Positions 25,966-39,800 of a stretch of 64,000 nt of DNA are shown here, in pieces. A program made the position numbers and the translations under genes. Numbering within the stretch: the stretch's first letter is position 1; each line of letters starts with the position of its first letter. The notes under the pieces were generated by a model. That model was not told the DNA's origin and did no database searches. It saw only the letters and a program-made list of their open reading frames with translations. The stretch is taken from assembly GCF_023055435.1 (NCBI RefSeq), contig NW_025964223.1:40052001-40116000 (forward strand), given 5' to 3'. Origin of the DNA: Haliotis rufescens. Taxonomy: Eukaryota.

Positions 25966-26952
25966 TATTAATCAAAGTCACTTAGTCCCATAGAACTTAC
26001 AACAACTGTACATCCCAAACCGGCAAAACACTACTCTGTCACTGTTCACGAATATGTGCAGATAATCCGATGAAATATGGCTTGTGTGCGATGTGGTCTC
26101 ACGTATGCCTTGTCAAATTTGAACCTACCTCGACTTATTTTGCCAATGACTGCAGTTTCACTCATTTGACCTCAGCTATTGTTTATGCTGTAAATGTGAA
26201 AAGGTCGAGTGAAGGTTTCAGCTGCATTGGTCTTATAGTTTCCGAGATGTTGAACATGTAGTACCTTTGAAAAGAGAGGTTACATGAAGGTCAAATGTCG
26301 TTTTTTCCGCATACAACATAATCGCTGCATATCAAATTTCATAAAGTTACATGTTGAAATTGTTAAATTATTGACTTTAGATACGGGTCGGAGTTTGGAG
26401 AGTTCTTTTCAGCGACATCCTAGCTGGGATCATTCATGCCCATTTCCGGCTCTATAAACTTACATGATTTTCAGTCAAAAATCGATAATATGCCAAAAGA
26501 ACGTATTGTGTCATTCCGCATACCACATACTTGCTGCATATGAGTTTTCATAATGGTCAACAGTAGAGCGTCTGCCCTGGGAGCGAGGGGTCGGGGGTTA
26601 CATCCCCCGCCGCGTCATACCAAAGAGATGGAACTTATTGTTAAACCCCGTTTAACCTCACCTCACAACGTTAAACACCTGAATTGAGTGAGTGAGAACG
26701 TTTTAGTGACACCTAAGCCGACTCCCAAATAGTTTGAAAGCAGATGTCGGAAATGCAAACGTAAGCGACGTGTTCAGTAAGGTGAGCTAAAACGTACATT
26801 AGCTGGCGAATCTTTACTTCAATAATAATGGCGAACACTACGTCCTAATTCCAGCTACTGGGTGTTTATAGTTGAATGCACCTGTTGTTAGGCTCAAGTT
26901 TCAAATTATTTTCCTGCAAAATGGACAGAAAGACAATCAGATCAAACGCATT

Positions 26953-27218
26953 GGGGGGACCTAGTGGTCTAAGGTTCCGCAATTCGGTGTGCATCACCTG
27001 CGTCCCTTGGGCACCCTAGAAACCTATGATTGTTGGTCCGAATCCTGGTAAGCGCCGATTATGTTTCTAGATTTGTCAGCTCCATACCCGTGCTCGTTGG
27101 TTTTACCAAAGTGGCGAACGTCTTAAATCCGCATCACTTTGGACTTTACTCCAACATTACGTTCACACGCCATAACATGATTGGAATACTGTTAAAAGCG
27201 GCGTTAAACCCATCTCAA
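26953..27218 (+). mobile_element. SINE family B, degenerate
   Basis: Homologous to 24553-24818 (agaaacctatgattg...ccatacccgtgctcg...gcggcgttaaacc). Confidence 0.75.
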
Positions 27219-27219
27219 T

Positions 27220-27452
27220 AATCTAGTGGACAGACTGTCTGCCCGGAGAGCGGAAGGTCAATGGTTCGATCCCTAAGCCGCGTCATACCTAAAGGCTCTA
27301 AATGGTGGTACTTGTTGTTTCCCTCCCTGGCGCCCAGCATTGGGGGGATAAATCAAAGACTGGTTGGGTCGAAGTCAGTATACTATGTTTGAGTTGAGTA
27401 TTGATGATAAAATGCGGCTGGCTCTATGCAACTGGCATAAGTTAGAACTAGT
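27220..27452 (+). mobile_element. SINE family C (tRNA head plus mollusc-type core), running into the gap; a shorter relative lies at about 26560-26670
   Basis: GGTTCGATCCC...GCCGCGTCATACC...TGGTACTTGTTG...CCTGGCGCCCAGCATT; reverse complement of part of 33273-33628. Confidence 0.7.
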
Positions 27453-27619
27453 NNNNNNNNNNNNNNNNNNNNNNNNNNNNNNNNNNNNNNNNNNNNNNNN
27501 NNNNNNNNNNNNNNNNNNNNNNNNNNNNNNNNNNNNNNNNNNNNNNNNNNNNNNNNNNNNNNNNNNNNNNNNNNNNNNNNNNNNNNNNNNNNNNNNNNNN
27601 NNNNNNNNNNNNNNNNNNN
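27453..27619. other. Assembly gap (N run)
   Basis: Run of n characters. Confidence 1.
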
Positions 27620-27939
27620 TCGATTCCGTTACTTTACATAACTAGCTTAGGTATGTCGGCGGAGTCTTGTCCCAAAGGGGCTGATTACCCATGCCCATTG
27701 ATTACTAACTCAAGAACCAAGTACACAGCGTTAACACTCACAAAAGTATTACAGCTGTGCGTCATTACACCTGCACCTTACGAAGTTTATCCACAGGCTA
27801 GCTGTGGGATAACTAATTGGATAACTGTTCATTATTATTTTTATGATTTATTTGGTCAGATATGAAACCAGATGATGGTGATATGCGCGGATGTGTATTT
27901 TTGTGCTAAAACACCCTAGCCCCGCCATAGTGCTGAGTA

Positions 27940-28095
27940 AAAACAACCATAAAATGCAAAGCACTTCTCAAACTGACCTTTGTCATTATATAGTTTACCA
28001 ATTTATATTTCTGACGTTAAAAACAACCATAAAATGCAAAGCACTTCTCAAACTGACCTTTGTCATTATATAGTTTACCAATTTATATTTCTGAC
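27940..28095. repeat. Perfect two-copy tandem duplication, period 80 bp
   Basis: aaacaaccataaaatgcaaagcacttctcaaactgacctttgtcattatatagtttaccaatttatatttctgac at 27941 and 28021. Confidence 0.9.
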
Positions 28096-28313
28096 CAATG
28101 AACGTTGTTTTCAAAATGAATTATTGGTACATTATGGACCATTCAAGTAATTATAAATAACATGCTGATTACTGTAGCATTCAACCTCACGACAACACTT
28201 GTTAAAAATCTATTTGGTCTGATGATCTGTGAATATCACAACAATGACATGAGACACATAGCGGAATTTATTTAATGATGTCAAATTTGAAAAAATTATC
28301 AAAATGAGTATCA

Positions 28314-31300
28314 TTATCGTGACATCAAATCAGGTTGTACAAACTTGGCTGTGACAAGAGCAACTGAAGAAACATATCCCGATGTCATGTTGTTGGAGAA
28401 GTGAACCTGTACCTTATTAGCCCCCGTGACAAACAGGGAGGTAGGAACAGCAAACTCCCAAACCTCCCAATATGTAGTGCGGCCAAACTTGTCGGAATCA
28501 TACAGCTTATAGAAACAGTCAAGGCGGTGGAGGTTAAAGGTTATATATGATACATTGTTTGTTTCATTGATCGGCCAACTGGTTGAAACTCTCAGTCTTG
28601 CACTGTGATATTGGCCATCTGGTAGAGATATTACTGTCAAGACGATATTGCCCTTGATTGGTATCAGTGTATCAGCTCCGTAGTATGTGGTTTCGTTGAG
28701 AGTGACTGAAGGCAGTTTATTTGAAGGGGTCTTGAATGTAAGGTGGCATGTTGCTTCAGGTGGAATTGTCACCATTCCTTGAGTCTTCTGGATGTCGAAG
28801 GGTTCATTGAAAGTGATGACTGGGTACCAGTCGTCCTTGATGGTGATGCAAGTAGCTTCTCCAGTGGTTGGTTTGATCCAGTCGTCTTCAAAGTCTAGCT
28901 TCACGACATGTGACTTCTGAGAATAGCTGTGCAAGAGAATGACAGTTTCGTTGTTCAGTGGACTTGACATTGCTAACGGCGACACCGTTCGTTCCTCTCC
29001 ATCATACTGACTGGTAGTTCTGATAAAGGAGTAGCCTGACGTGAATTTGTACCAAAACTTAAAAACGTCGACAATACGCGTGGCGTTTCCTTGAAGAGTG
29101 AAAAGTGACCAGTTGAGACTATCATGTCCCGGATATTTTTCATTGGCTAAAAGAAACACCACTGTTCTGTCAATGTATTCCCTGAGACCTAGTTGGGTAA
29201 ATCTATGGGCATTGGAATGGTATATTGTTGAAAAGTCAACTATACCTGATGGAGCATATTTGTCAATTCCTGTCACCTTGTCTCGACCATATTCACTGAT
29301 AACAACGGGAATAATCTTTCCAGTCTTCTGAGAGACATAGTTTTCAACCAGGTCGACAAATGCTACCAGACGTGCTTCATTCATACCAGTGAAATTGTGA
29401 GATTTTCCCGAAACAGTCAGCGAGTTGTACGAATGAAAAGAAAATACATCGATATAGCCTAAGGTGACGTCCAGGAAATTAGCCACTCTTCGCCAATACG
29501 AAAAGTCTTTTCTATCCGCCAACCCAGTTTCTCCATCAAGTGTAGGACCAGAAACTTTTATGTTAAATCTCGCATGGAGTTTCTCAGCAACTAATTTGTG
29601 AAATTTGGCAACAGTCGTGAAATTCAGTATACGCCCTTTACCATCCGGCTCATTGATAGGCTCAAAGTAGTGTGGCATTTGTCCTTTTGTGTAATCATAA
29701 ACACCTTGCACCATCAACATCATGAACTCTGCAGCAGCATCGACATTGTTTGGGAATTGACCTTCATGTTCAGACGTGTTTATCCAACTCGGGTAATAAA
29801 GTCCTGTAAATAGCGTAAGAGTTAGACAGTTACAGTAATTAATTTGTACTGAAAATTGAGTTGACGTGAAAGTTTGAATATATCCGAAGTTCAAAGATTT
29901 TAACATCAAAGAATATATGGTCACCTTCGTCTCTTTTTTTAAAACACAGTGTTTTTTGCTTTCATTTTCTTTATCCAGATTTTTTGTTTTGTTTGTTTAA
30001 CGCCGCACTCAGCAATATTCCAGCTATATGACGGTCTTTATCCAGAAGCACAGTAAAAGTGTCATATCATTTGAGTGTCATTCAAGCATTTTATGCAAAC
30101 GATTGGAACGATTGGTAAAACTGCTTGTTTTAGTCCGACCCCTTCCCAATTTCCTTACTTATATAACTTGATAACGAATATTGACAAATTTGTGTTTATT
30201 TGTTTGTTTATTGTTTAAGGGAAAGGAAACTCAACATCTCAACATTGCAGATTTAAGTACTTTAGGTCATACGTAATCATAAATGCTTGACCAAAATTGT
30301 ATTTGAAACACGGAAAAAGCGTAAAACAGAAGATATAAAATGACGAAATCTTCCATCAAACGAAAACATCCGCCATTGAGGTGAAACCTTCTCAATGGGG
30401 TTAAATCGGGTTCCAGTGTTCAATTTCAATGATCGGGCCGTCGCCCAGTCTGCTTGTTTCCACCATGGATGTTTTAATCCCAATACCAACTTTGTTCTGT
30501 CTGCTCACCGGTTTGATTACCGTCCCCACAACTTATGTCAACTTATGCCATATTAGAACCAACGTTTAAGATTCCTTCAGTTATCTGCTCATGGGATTAA
30601 GTACTGACAGGCAATCAATGTGTTGAATTGGATCGAGGGCAGTGGATTTTTTATTGGGATCTTTAGGATTTTGCCACCACCTTTTGTTTAGAATAACTAA
30701 AGCAGTCATGCATGCTGGTTGGGAGTACAATAGCAGACAGCTGGGGTCTGATAATTATTTTGTCAGGTTTACACTTGCACATAACTGTAATATTAATTAC
30801 AACTACTATTATAAAGAATGGACAATGTCATTTAATGACTTTTTTATCATTCATGCTAATTAAACAAAATAATCTCATGCAACACATACAACTGAAGTCC
30901 AATGAAGTGCGTTACTCCACTGGCGTCTTGATGTTGGCTATAGGTAGGAGGTTGTCTTTCCCACGTTGAATAGGGTTTTTCGATAATTCATTTTTCGAGG
31001 GAGGCAAGCGCCCGCCTGAGTGAATCTGGCTGATCAATTCATATTTTGTAATAATTTTGTATGGATGTCGGCAACATTCTGTCATATATTTACGAATTAC
31101 TATTTTTGCGGTTGTTTTTTTTGCAGAGTATATGTTTATTGTTTTACGCGGTACTCAGCACCATCCAAGCTCAGCGACATCGGCCTGCAAATAATCAGGT
31201 TTTGAGCAGACAAACCAGTTACTGATATTATGAGCAACGTTCCACACCGTCGATGTTCGGGGATACGCAATCAGCTGAGCTTGACAAGTGGATCCTTATG

Positions 31301-32556
31301 ATTAACATAGGTTGTTTGGAGCCTATTCTAACCCAGAATCCCCGGGGCAGAAAGTATGTCCTATGCTTCATACATTTTTCACTCCAATTCTTTCATATCT
31401 ACGATACGGAAAAACTTTCAACTCATAATCTTTATTTACATACATATTATTTCTTTAACATTATATTTACATACATAGCACCGGTTGTTTACAGAGCGCC
31501 TTCATACGGTGACGTTAAACAATAACAAAACTTTAACAAAATCTCTATCATCAGAAAAGTTGAGGTTCGCAGTTAGATATTTCGATATTATCGCGGGTTA
31601 AATAGACGTTAGTTGACTATTAGGCTTCTGTGCGGCAAGTGACGATGAACCGACAGTGGGCTCATATCCCCCAAATTGGCACCAATGGCCACCAGTGGGA
31701 ACCCATGGGCAAACATGAGAATAGCCCAAAGATGGTGGCCAGTTTTTCACTAATGTCGTCTGCTACTGGAGGTCTAGCGAACAAACAATAAAACTAACGT
31801 TGTTTTAAAAATTGTCATTGGTTTGTCTTGGCCTGATCTATTAAATGTCATGGCTACAGTGCCATCATATCGAAGATTCTTACCTCCAGCCATCATGATC
31901 ATGTCGTTCTCATAACCACTGTTGATGTTCTCAACGTACTTGTAGAACAGTTCCTGCTGTTTGGTGACGTTCTTCAGATGGTTGGGGTCAGGGTAGCCAC
32001 TACGGTTTGGATCTTCTGGCCACTACAATACATATTCATTTTAACTCTCTCACTCAATATGTTTAGAAGATTAGTAAAAGTGTATTCCACTTAGTGACAT
32101 TTGTGGACATTTATCAATGCATATCAGCACGGATATTTACCCTGTCTAAAACCTCACATAATGTGGCGTCAGGATGGTTATTTAAATGAATATATACCAT
32201 CACATAATCACCGTGCTTTGCTTTCAACTAAGTAATGTCTAAAATAACTGTGAACAAGACTAGAAACAGCTTTCATTTGCAAGTAATATTTAGTATTATT
32301 CATGAGTTGATCTCACGTCTTGGAAGAGACGACCGTTAAGGTCTCTGTTTGTCCAGCGCCCACTATCAGTCCCAATGTTCCGACAGTTGGGAATGAGGGA
32401 TGTTCGATCCAGACCATTGTGTTTGTTCCACCTGTTACTTTCATAGCGAGCACTACCTCCCTGTGCCAACCATTGAGGGTGGATCGTTACAGTGGTGTCA
32501 CTGTATATACCGCTTACTGTCAGGCTAAATGTGAAAAGGACCTGCGTCCATTTCAT
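28314..32556 (-). CDS. Secreted GH86 beta-porphyranase/beta-agarase-like glycoside hydrolase, copy 4; exons 32317-32556, 31884-32022, 28314-29803; 622 aa
   Basis: Open spliced frame with GT-AG sites; signal peptide MKWTQVLFTFSLTVSGIYS; EPINEPD and PVVISEYG intact; near-identical to copy 3 in exons 2 and 3. Confidence 0.9.
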
Positions 32557-32670
32557 TTTTTCTCTGCAACAAACGTGATATTTAAGGAAATGATTTATTT
32601 ACAGTACGGTGACTTGGGTTTATTTCATTGACAAAAGATGTTTGCTATTCACATAAAACGAACTATCATG

Positions 32671-32816
32671 NNNNNNNNNNNNNNNNNNNNNNNNNNNNNN
32701 NNNNNNNNNNNNNNNNNNNNNNNNNNNNNNNNNNNNNNNNNNNNNNNNNNNNNNNNNNNNNNNNNNNNNNNNNNNNNNNNNNNNNNNNNNNNNNNNNNNN
32801 NNNNNNNNNNNNNNNN
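32671..32816. other. Assembly gap (N run)
   Basis: Run of n characters. Confidence 1.
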
Positions 32817-33272
32817 AGCTGTTCAGGTTCAGCTGGTCATCTACACACTACAATCGAGTCTTTATAGTTAGATTTCATTAAAAAAACATCCGTGACTTTT
32901 GACACTACCGTTCTAGAAATGTTTGTACATGATAAGAACATGCGTCGGTATGTAGGTGTGGTGATAGAGTAGCCTTGGAGTATGTGCCTGTCACCCTGTC
33001 ACTCTAAAATTTAATAAGGAAGACAAGTATATCAAACGAATACATTAAAATTGAAACGCAATGATTTATACTCATTTCTCTGGCATATGAAACTTTAAAC
33101 TGATATTGCAAAAATATCGCGAACAACTTTGTTTTCAGACAACGTTGACATTGCCACTATCATTCTACAAATGTACATGTATGTAATAAGGGATGGCGCA
33201 GTTATGTAGGTGTCGTGATAAGGTTGCCAAGAAGTTAGTGCATGGCATTGCCTCTCTCTCTACAGCTTATGT

Positions 33273-33628
33273 GGTGAGGTGAGGTTAAATGGGGTTTAAC
33301 GTCGCGTTCAAGATCATTCCACTTATATAGCGACGTGCATGCACGTGTGTGTGTGTGGCTGCTTGTACTAGTGCGGACTGATGCCGATTTATAGTGCTAG
33401 CACACTGAGATACCATGCCGCAGTTAACATGAACACCCCACTCAGACACAGTATACTGACACCGAGCTGACCAGTCCTTGTTTTAGCCCCTTAATGCCGA
33501 GGAGCGCCAGACAGGTTAACAACAAGTACCATCCTTTAACGTCTTTTGGTATGACGCGGCCGGGGATCGAACCTCGGACCTTCCGCTCTTCGGGCGGACG
33601 CTCTACCACTTAGACCACGGAGGCGGTC
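33273..33628 (-). mobile_element. Full-length SINE family C with 13-bp target-site duplication
   Basis: TSD CTACAGCTTATGT at 33260-33272 and 33629-33641; tRNA head GACCGCCTCCGTGGTCTAAGTGGTAGAGCGTCCGCCCG...GGTTCGATCCCCGGCCGCG; (ACCTC)n tail. Confidence 0.9.
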
Positions 33629-34057
33629 CTACAGCTTATGTAGAACGAGGAGCTGTACATACTTCCACAGTCTCACTTAAACGCCAATTCCTTAGCGGAT
33701 ACTCATTTTTCGGTTCTACATGATATATATAATAAAACGTACGCTGACGGGTTTGCCTTCTCAGTACAACTCTCAATGTTATTCTGAGATGCGTTGTGTT
33801 CACGATGCTCCAAACTTTTTTCTAAAGGGACATATAGAGCCAAGAAAACTGATTTATGAATCAATAATTTTATGAAGTTTAGTCGTATGAGGGTGACACA
33901 AATCTATACAGCTACATGCAAAGTTTCAGCCCCATAGGCCATATATTTTCATTACAGATGTCGAGAATGTAAAGCTAAAACCTACATTAGCTGGCTAGCC
34001 TTTACTCCAATACAAGATGGTAAAGTGATGTGCCATGGTAGGCAGTTGCAACTACTA

Positions 34058-34160
34058 ACCATCCAGGATATTGTGCTTGTTCCACCTGCAACTCTCACAG
34101 CGAAGACTATGTCCCTGTTGCAACTGCTGAGTTTGTATAGTCACAACCGTGTCATTGACG
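34058..34160 (-). pseudogene. Highly decayed GH86 exon-1 relic
   Basis: tccaggatattgtgcttgttccacctgcaactctcacagcgaagactatgtccctgt matches the GGSxRYESxRWNKHNxL coding segment. Confidence 0.6.
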
Positions 34161-36859
34161 ACTCAAGGTTCCAATTAGTTTCAGCAAAATATATAGAACC
34201 ACAATTTGAATTTGTCGATTGACAATACTTGTTGGTTACTCATCATCATCATATTTAACAAAGCCTCACGGTACGACAATAGAGATAGATAAAATCAATA
34301 TACAACAAATACTATAATTATACATTTCCAATAAGTAGTTCTTACAATAACGGTTTCAACTGAAGACATCAGAGATTACATACAAGGTCTGCCCCATCAT
34401 GTATGATCTCTTACATATGTTTGCTACCTTATTCGTGTACATATTACAAATGTTATTGTGACTTTCATTTTACGCTGTAGCACGAAAGTTCCATGTCAAT
34501 TTAGATACGTCTAATGTATTTATGATCGTTTTTGACCCCTAAGTAATTGTACATGTTTTTTTGTAAATCTTTAATGATACCGTTGGATAGCTAATGTTCA
34601 GCGCTTTGTTTTGATATTCACATCTTCCGTATGGATATAGTAGTAAGTTTGCTATTCCTGTTTTCCCCATATTAAGAAGCACACTAAGCACGCCCAGACT
34701 ATACTGTTCCCTGGCTGTCTAGGAGGGAAAGACCCCTCCGAGGTCCGCGCGCAAGTATATGTAAACTGTGTCAGAATCTTGTGTCTTTTCCCCAGAATTT
34801 GTTAGATCGTTTAAGGGACAGCACGCTACTGGGCGGTCGCTCGAAACTCTAGTTTCGTTAGTAAGTGATTACGGGGTACTTTTCATCCAGTACCGACTTA
34901 CTCTGGTTGTATTGAGCTAAACTTGGTAACTAGGATTTACAATACTCCCCTTTTCTAGTAATCTGTGGATACCAACCTTCCGTTGATTGTCTAGCGTTTT
35001 TTTGGAATTTTAGAATGTCCTTGCTCAGGTCAAAGTGGCTTAATTTTCGTCTTTTAGACGAGTTTGATATTCAGACGTCCTTATCTATTTTATTTTCCAG
35101 TGGATTTTTTAAGGATAGACCTTCTGTGTTCATTTCTTGTTATTTAACCCAGCCGAAGTTATTCACTCGTTAGAGTGTTGATTTAATTAACATAGGTGTT
35201 ACTTGGTCTCAGCCGACTTATTTGGCTGTCTATGCTTCTTGGCTTTATTTTGTCAAAGTGTTGATTCGGGTACTCTCAATTTATTACTGCAATACCATTG
35301 CTTAGCTAAGCCGCTTGTGTATTTGCTCTGATTAACTTCATCAGTGAAGCTTGATAGTTCCGATTGTTTTTTTCAATCCTTTTGTTGTCATCTATTGCTA
35401 CATTTAGCTGTTATATAATGATAAACTCACAGCTCCATGACACGTTGCAAAAGCTGAGGTACGGAAGGCAAAGTTTACGAAGATATCTACAAAAACTGAC
35501 GTGAATGTTCAGGTCAGTAATGAGGCGCTGGCGTCCTTGGGCGTCGATTTAACTGAATAAAGCTGACGTGTTGGTATGCCATGGATCTTTGCCATGTCAT
35601 TTTCTGGATCCATTCAGTCTTATCTGTAATGTCGTGAGACAAAAACACCCAACACAAACAAAACTGCAGATCCTAATCATAACCTTATGGTAAAACTTAG
35701 AAATTTCCTATTTCAAGACTTTGTGAACTCAGATAGACCCTGAATGAATTTGTCCGGCAAAATAGCTGCAATTTGTGTTGTAACATTTTACATCAAACTG
35801 ACAATATGGTAGTATATAGTAGGTTTGTCAAAAACATGCTGTCATGGTAACAAATACTCGAAGAGGAAAATAAATGTTATGCTCAACAACTAAATACCTT
35901 TCTTAAAATAGTGTCTGGAGGTCGTGTCAAGGAGAATGGTAAGGTGTCATGTCAAGGAGTATGTCGTGAACAACAGGCCCTAATCATTAGCTTTCGTTTC
36001 ACGGAAAGGCGTTTTCACAGTAAAACATTGCTCTTTAAAACGAAGAATCAACTTGTTAATTTGGTGTATTCCAATTATTCATGTACAATCTTCCCAACAA
36101 ATATGAATGGGGAATGTTTGTACTTATTCAAATAAAGCTATTCATGAATTGTTCCAAACTGAATTATTGTGAAAAGAAAATATATATAATATATAAACCT
36201 CAACAAACCAAGACCCTATAGATGCGTCAAATTATCTAAGCACACATTTCTGTTAAACGGTACTGCATATATTTCGTCACAGATTTTGTGGTAGGAAATC
36301 AAACAATCCTTATCTAGTTAATATTGTTTTTAAGCACTCTTCGAAAAAAAAAAGATGTATGTTGTCCAATTGTTGTTTTAGGTTTTAGGGCTTTTGATAA
36401 CATCGTGGACGCCTAATCACGGGTGTGTGTCTTAAAACCATGTGTGTGGCAGCAACATTTTATGTGAATTCGTCACAGGAAACTTAACTTTTATCCCTTG
36501 CTCAAATAAACATGTGTTTACATTGGAAACAACATAATGATTCTTTGGATGCTGGGACCAATGATTTGATAGACACAATGGGAGCTATGGTTATAACAGT
36601 CTTGTCTACCGAATCCGAGTGAAATATCTGGTCACAACAACATCCACTTTATCCAGCATATTCCAGTTGTAGACACCGCAATAGACAACGTTAAATCTGA
36701 TCTAATGTACCAATGTTCACTTTATTTAGGAAAGACTTGCAAAATTGTTACTGTGGGGCAGACAATTTCTCTTTTAACAGACAGAAACATAATTATGTTT
36801 TTCAAGCATTTTCCGGGAAATTTTATTTCTTAGAAAAAATCCGATTTTAAAAAAATCCA

Positions 36860-39800
36860 TCATGACTTCAAATCAGAGGGAACAAGTTTGGCTGTGACAA
36901 GGGCTATTGAAGAAACATATCCCGCGGTCATGTTTTTGGAGAAGTGAACCTGTATCTGGTTAACGCCGTTGACAAACAAGGAGGCAGGGACAGCAAACTC
37001 CCAGACCTCCCAATAGGTGGTACTGCCAATCATGTTGGCATCATACAGCTTATAGAAAGAGTCAAGGGGGTAAAGGTTGAAGGTAAGATATGAAACACCG
37101 TTTGTTTCATTGATCGGCCAACTGGCAGCAACTCTCAGTCTGGCACTGTGATATTGGCCATTTGGTAGAGATATTATTGTCGTGGCGATATTGCCCTTGA
37201 TTGGTATAAGTGTATCAGCTCCGTAGTATGTGGTTTCGTTGAGAGTGACATTAGGTAGTTGGTCTGAGGGTGTCTTGAATGTAAAATGACATGTTGCTTC
37301 AGGAGGAAGTTCAACCATTCCATGGGTCTTCTGGATGTCGAAGGGTTCATTGAAGGTGATGACTGGGTACCAGTCGTCCTTGATGGTGACGCAAGTAGCT
37401 TCTCCAGTGGTTGGTTTGATCCAGTCGTCTTCAAAGTCTAGCTTCACGACATGTGACTCCTGCGAATAGCTGTGCAAGAGAATGACAGTTTCGTTATGCT
37501 GAGAACTAGACATTGCTAACGGCGACACCGTTCGTTCCTCTCCATCATACTGGCTGGTAGTTCTGATAAAGGAGTAATCTGACGTGAATTTGTACCAAAA
37601 CTCGAAGACGTCGATAACTCTTCTGGGTTTTCCTTCATTAGTGAAAAGAGACCAGTTGTAATATGGATTTTGTATATTGGCTAAAAGGAACACCACTGCT
37701 CTGTCAATGTATTCCCTAAGACCGAGCTGGGTAAATCGGTGGGCATTGGAATGATATATTGTCGAAAAATCTACTATACCCGATGGAGCATATTTGTCAA
37801 TTCCTATCACAGTATCGCGGCCATATTCACTGATAACAAGGGGGACAATTTTCCTTTTCTTCAGATAGGCATAGTTTTCAACCAGGTCGACAAATGCTAC
37901 TAATCGTGCTTCATTCATACCTGTAAACTTGTGTGATTTCCCCGAAACAATAAGTGAGTTGTAAGAATGAAAGGAAAACACGTCTAAATAGTCGGAAGTG
38001 ACGTCCATGAAATCGGCCACTTTCTTCCAGTCTGTAAAATTGTTTCTGTCCGAATTTCTGGCAAAACCGTCAAGTGTAGGACCAGCAACTTTGATGTTAA
38101 ACCTTGAATGGAGTTTCTCTGCAACTGATTTGTGGAACAAAGCAACAGTTGTGAAATTCAAGATGTTAAATTCGGGGTCCGGTTCATTCATGGGTTCAAT
38201 GTAGGGTGGAATCTGTCCTTTGGTGAAGTCATAAACACCTTGCACCATCAACATCATGAACTCTGCAGCAGCATCGACGTTGTTGGGGAATTGTCCTGCA
38301 TGTTCAGACTGGTTCAACCAGTTTGGCCATTTAAGAGCTAAAATCAATGATACAACAGAACATGAATTTGATTTATGCATAAAATATCATTGTCAAAGTC
38401 GTGTACGAATGTCAGTTTCTACTTCTGAATCACGTTTGTCAGCTTTATGATGCTTAGCCCTCTTCACAAATTATCAAGAAGCTTACATCAGTACAATACG
38501 CATTTCGACCTTCTTGTCTCATAGAGTCTCCTGTTTTGTATGACACCTCATTTTAAGAATAAATGGTATAAATCATTGGAGTGTATTGTGTATTTTGTAG
38601 GTTAGCATCAGAAGATAATTCTTTTCGTCATTTAATTATGTTAATATTGCATGTTCTGCAATTTCCTTTTACTTAAGAAAATTAATCATAAAAACACCAA
38701 GGACAATAAGGAAAATATTCATTCGATGTTCTGAAACAATTATCAAATGAAACTGTTGTGAACAACATTGCATCCTGGCATATCTGATAACTAAAATGAA
38801 ATGTAGAATTGTAAATTTCAAGCTTTAAGGTAGGAGTAAAATTCAGATATGCATTTATTAGGTGCCCAATACGAAGAGATGAAGAGGCGTAGGGTCAGTG
38901 CACAAATACTGTCTTACCTTCCGACATCATGATCATGTCGTTCTCATAACCAGTGTTAATGTTAGCAAGGTACACCGAAAACAGTTCTTTCTGCTTTGTA
39001 GCATTCTTCAGGTAGCTGGGATCTGGGTAGCCGCTACGGTTCGGGTCCTCTGGCCACTGAATTATTTTTTTATTTAATCCAATAAACATTCAGTTAGGAG
39101 TTGAACATGATGTGTCTTCCGATATGAAGGCGTTATTAAATGTTCGTACCTGGAAATTACATTTGTTACAATTTTCGACGATATGGCTGAAATACTGCCG
39201 ATGTGACATTAAATTTTAACTCACTCACTCACTCACTCACTCACTCACTCACTCACTCACTCACTCACAATTTTCGACAACCATGTAAACAGTGACATCT
39301 GTAGTAATTTCAACTACATTGAAAAAACAATAGCAGTCTACTTTTTCATATGTTCTGTTGTGTGACTTAGGTTACGTCACTGGAATGGTATAGTGTCATA
39401 TGCTTCCATAACGACTTACCCTTAGAGAATTATAAACCAAAAAGCTAAATCTGAAAAATCATTTGTTCTGACAAGTATTAATCAAAGGCATTAAAAATGA
39501 ATGCGGTAGTTCCTTCTTCCAATGACATCTTTTCCAAATTTGGATTATGATGCAGTTTCAAATTCGATTAAAAAACATTTCCAGCCAATCGGACTTCAGC
39601 AAATGTTCCCATATATTTTACAATGAAAAAATATAGCATGAATATCATGTCAGCAAAATAGCTGAAATCTTTGATACCACACTGCTTCTTATGTTCAATG
39701 TGTGTGAATAGACTTCAGTTGTTTCACAAGTAAAAACACTATGTGGATAGACATTGATTAAATTATCACGGGCGCCTAAAACAATTAAAATTTACACTGT

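Noticed and set aside
27940-28095. CRISPR-like repeat
   Set aside because: Two adjacent 80-bp copies without spacers in a eukaryotic context; a simple tandem duplication or assembly artefact.
28314-29924. Single-exon 490-536 aa proteins as given by the ORF track
   Set aside because: N-terminal extensions run into intron sequence or start at internal Met; the real N-terminus comes from exons 1-2.
34640-35442. Possible solo LTR (TGTCA at 34769 to TGACA at 35438-35442)
   Set aside because: No matching target-site duplication, primer-binding site or second copy is visible; left unassigned.
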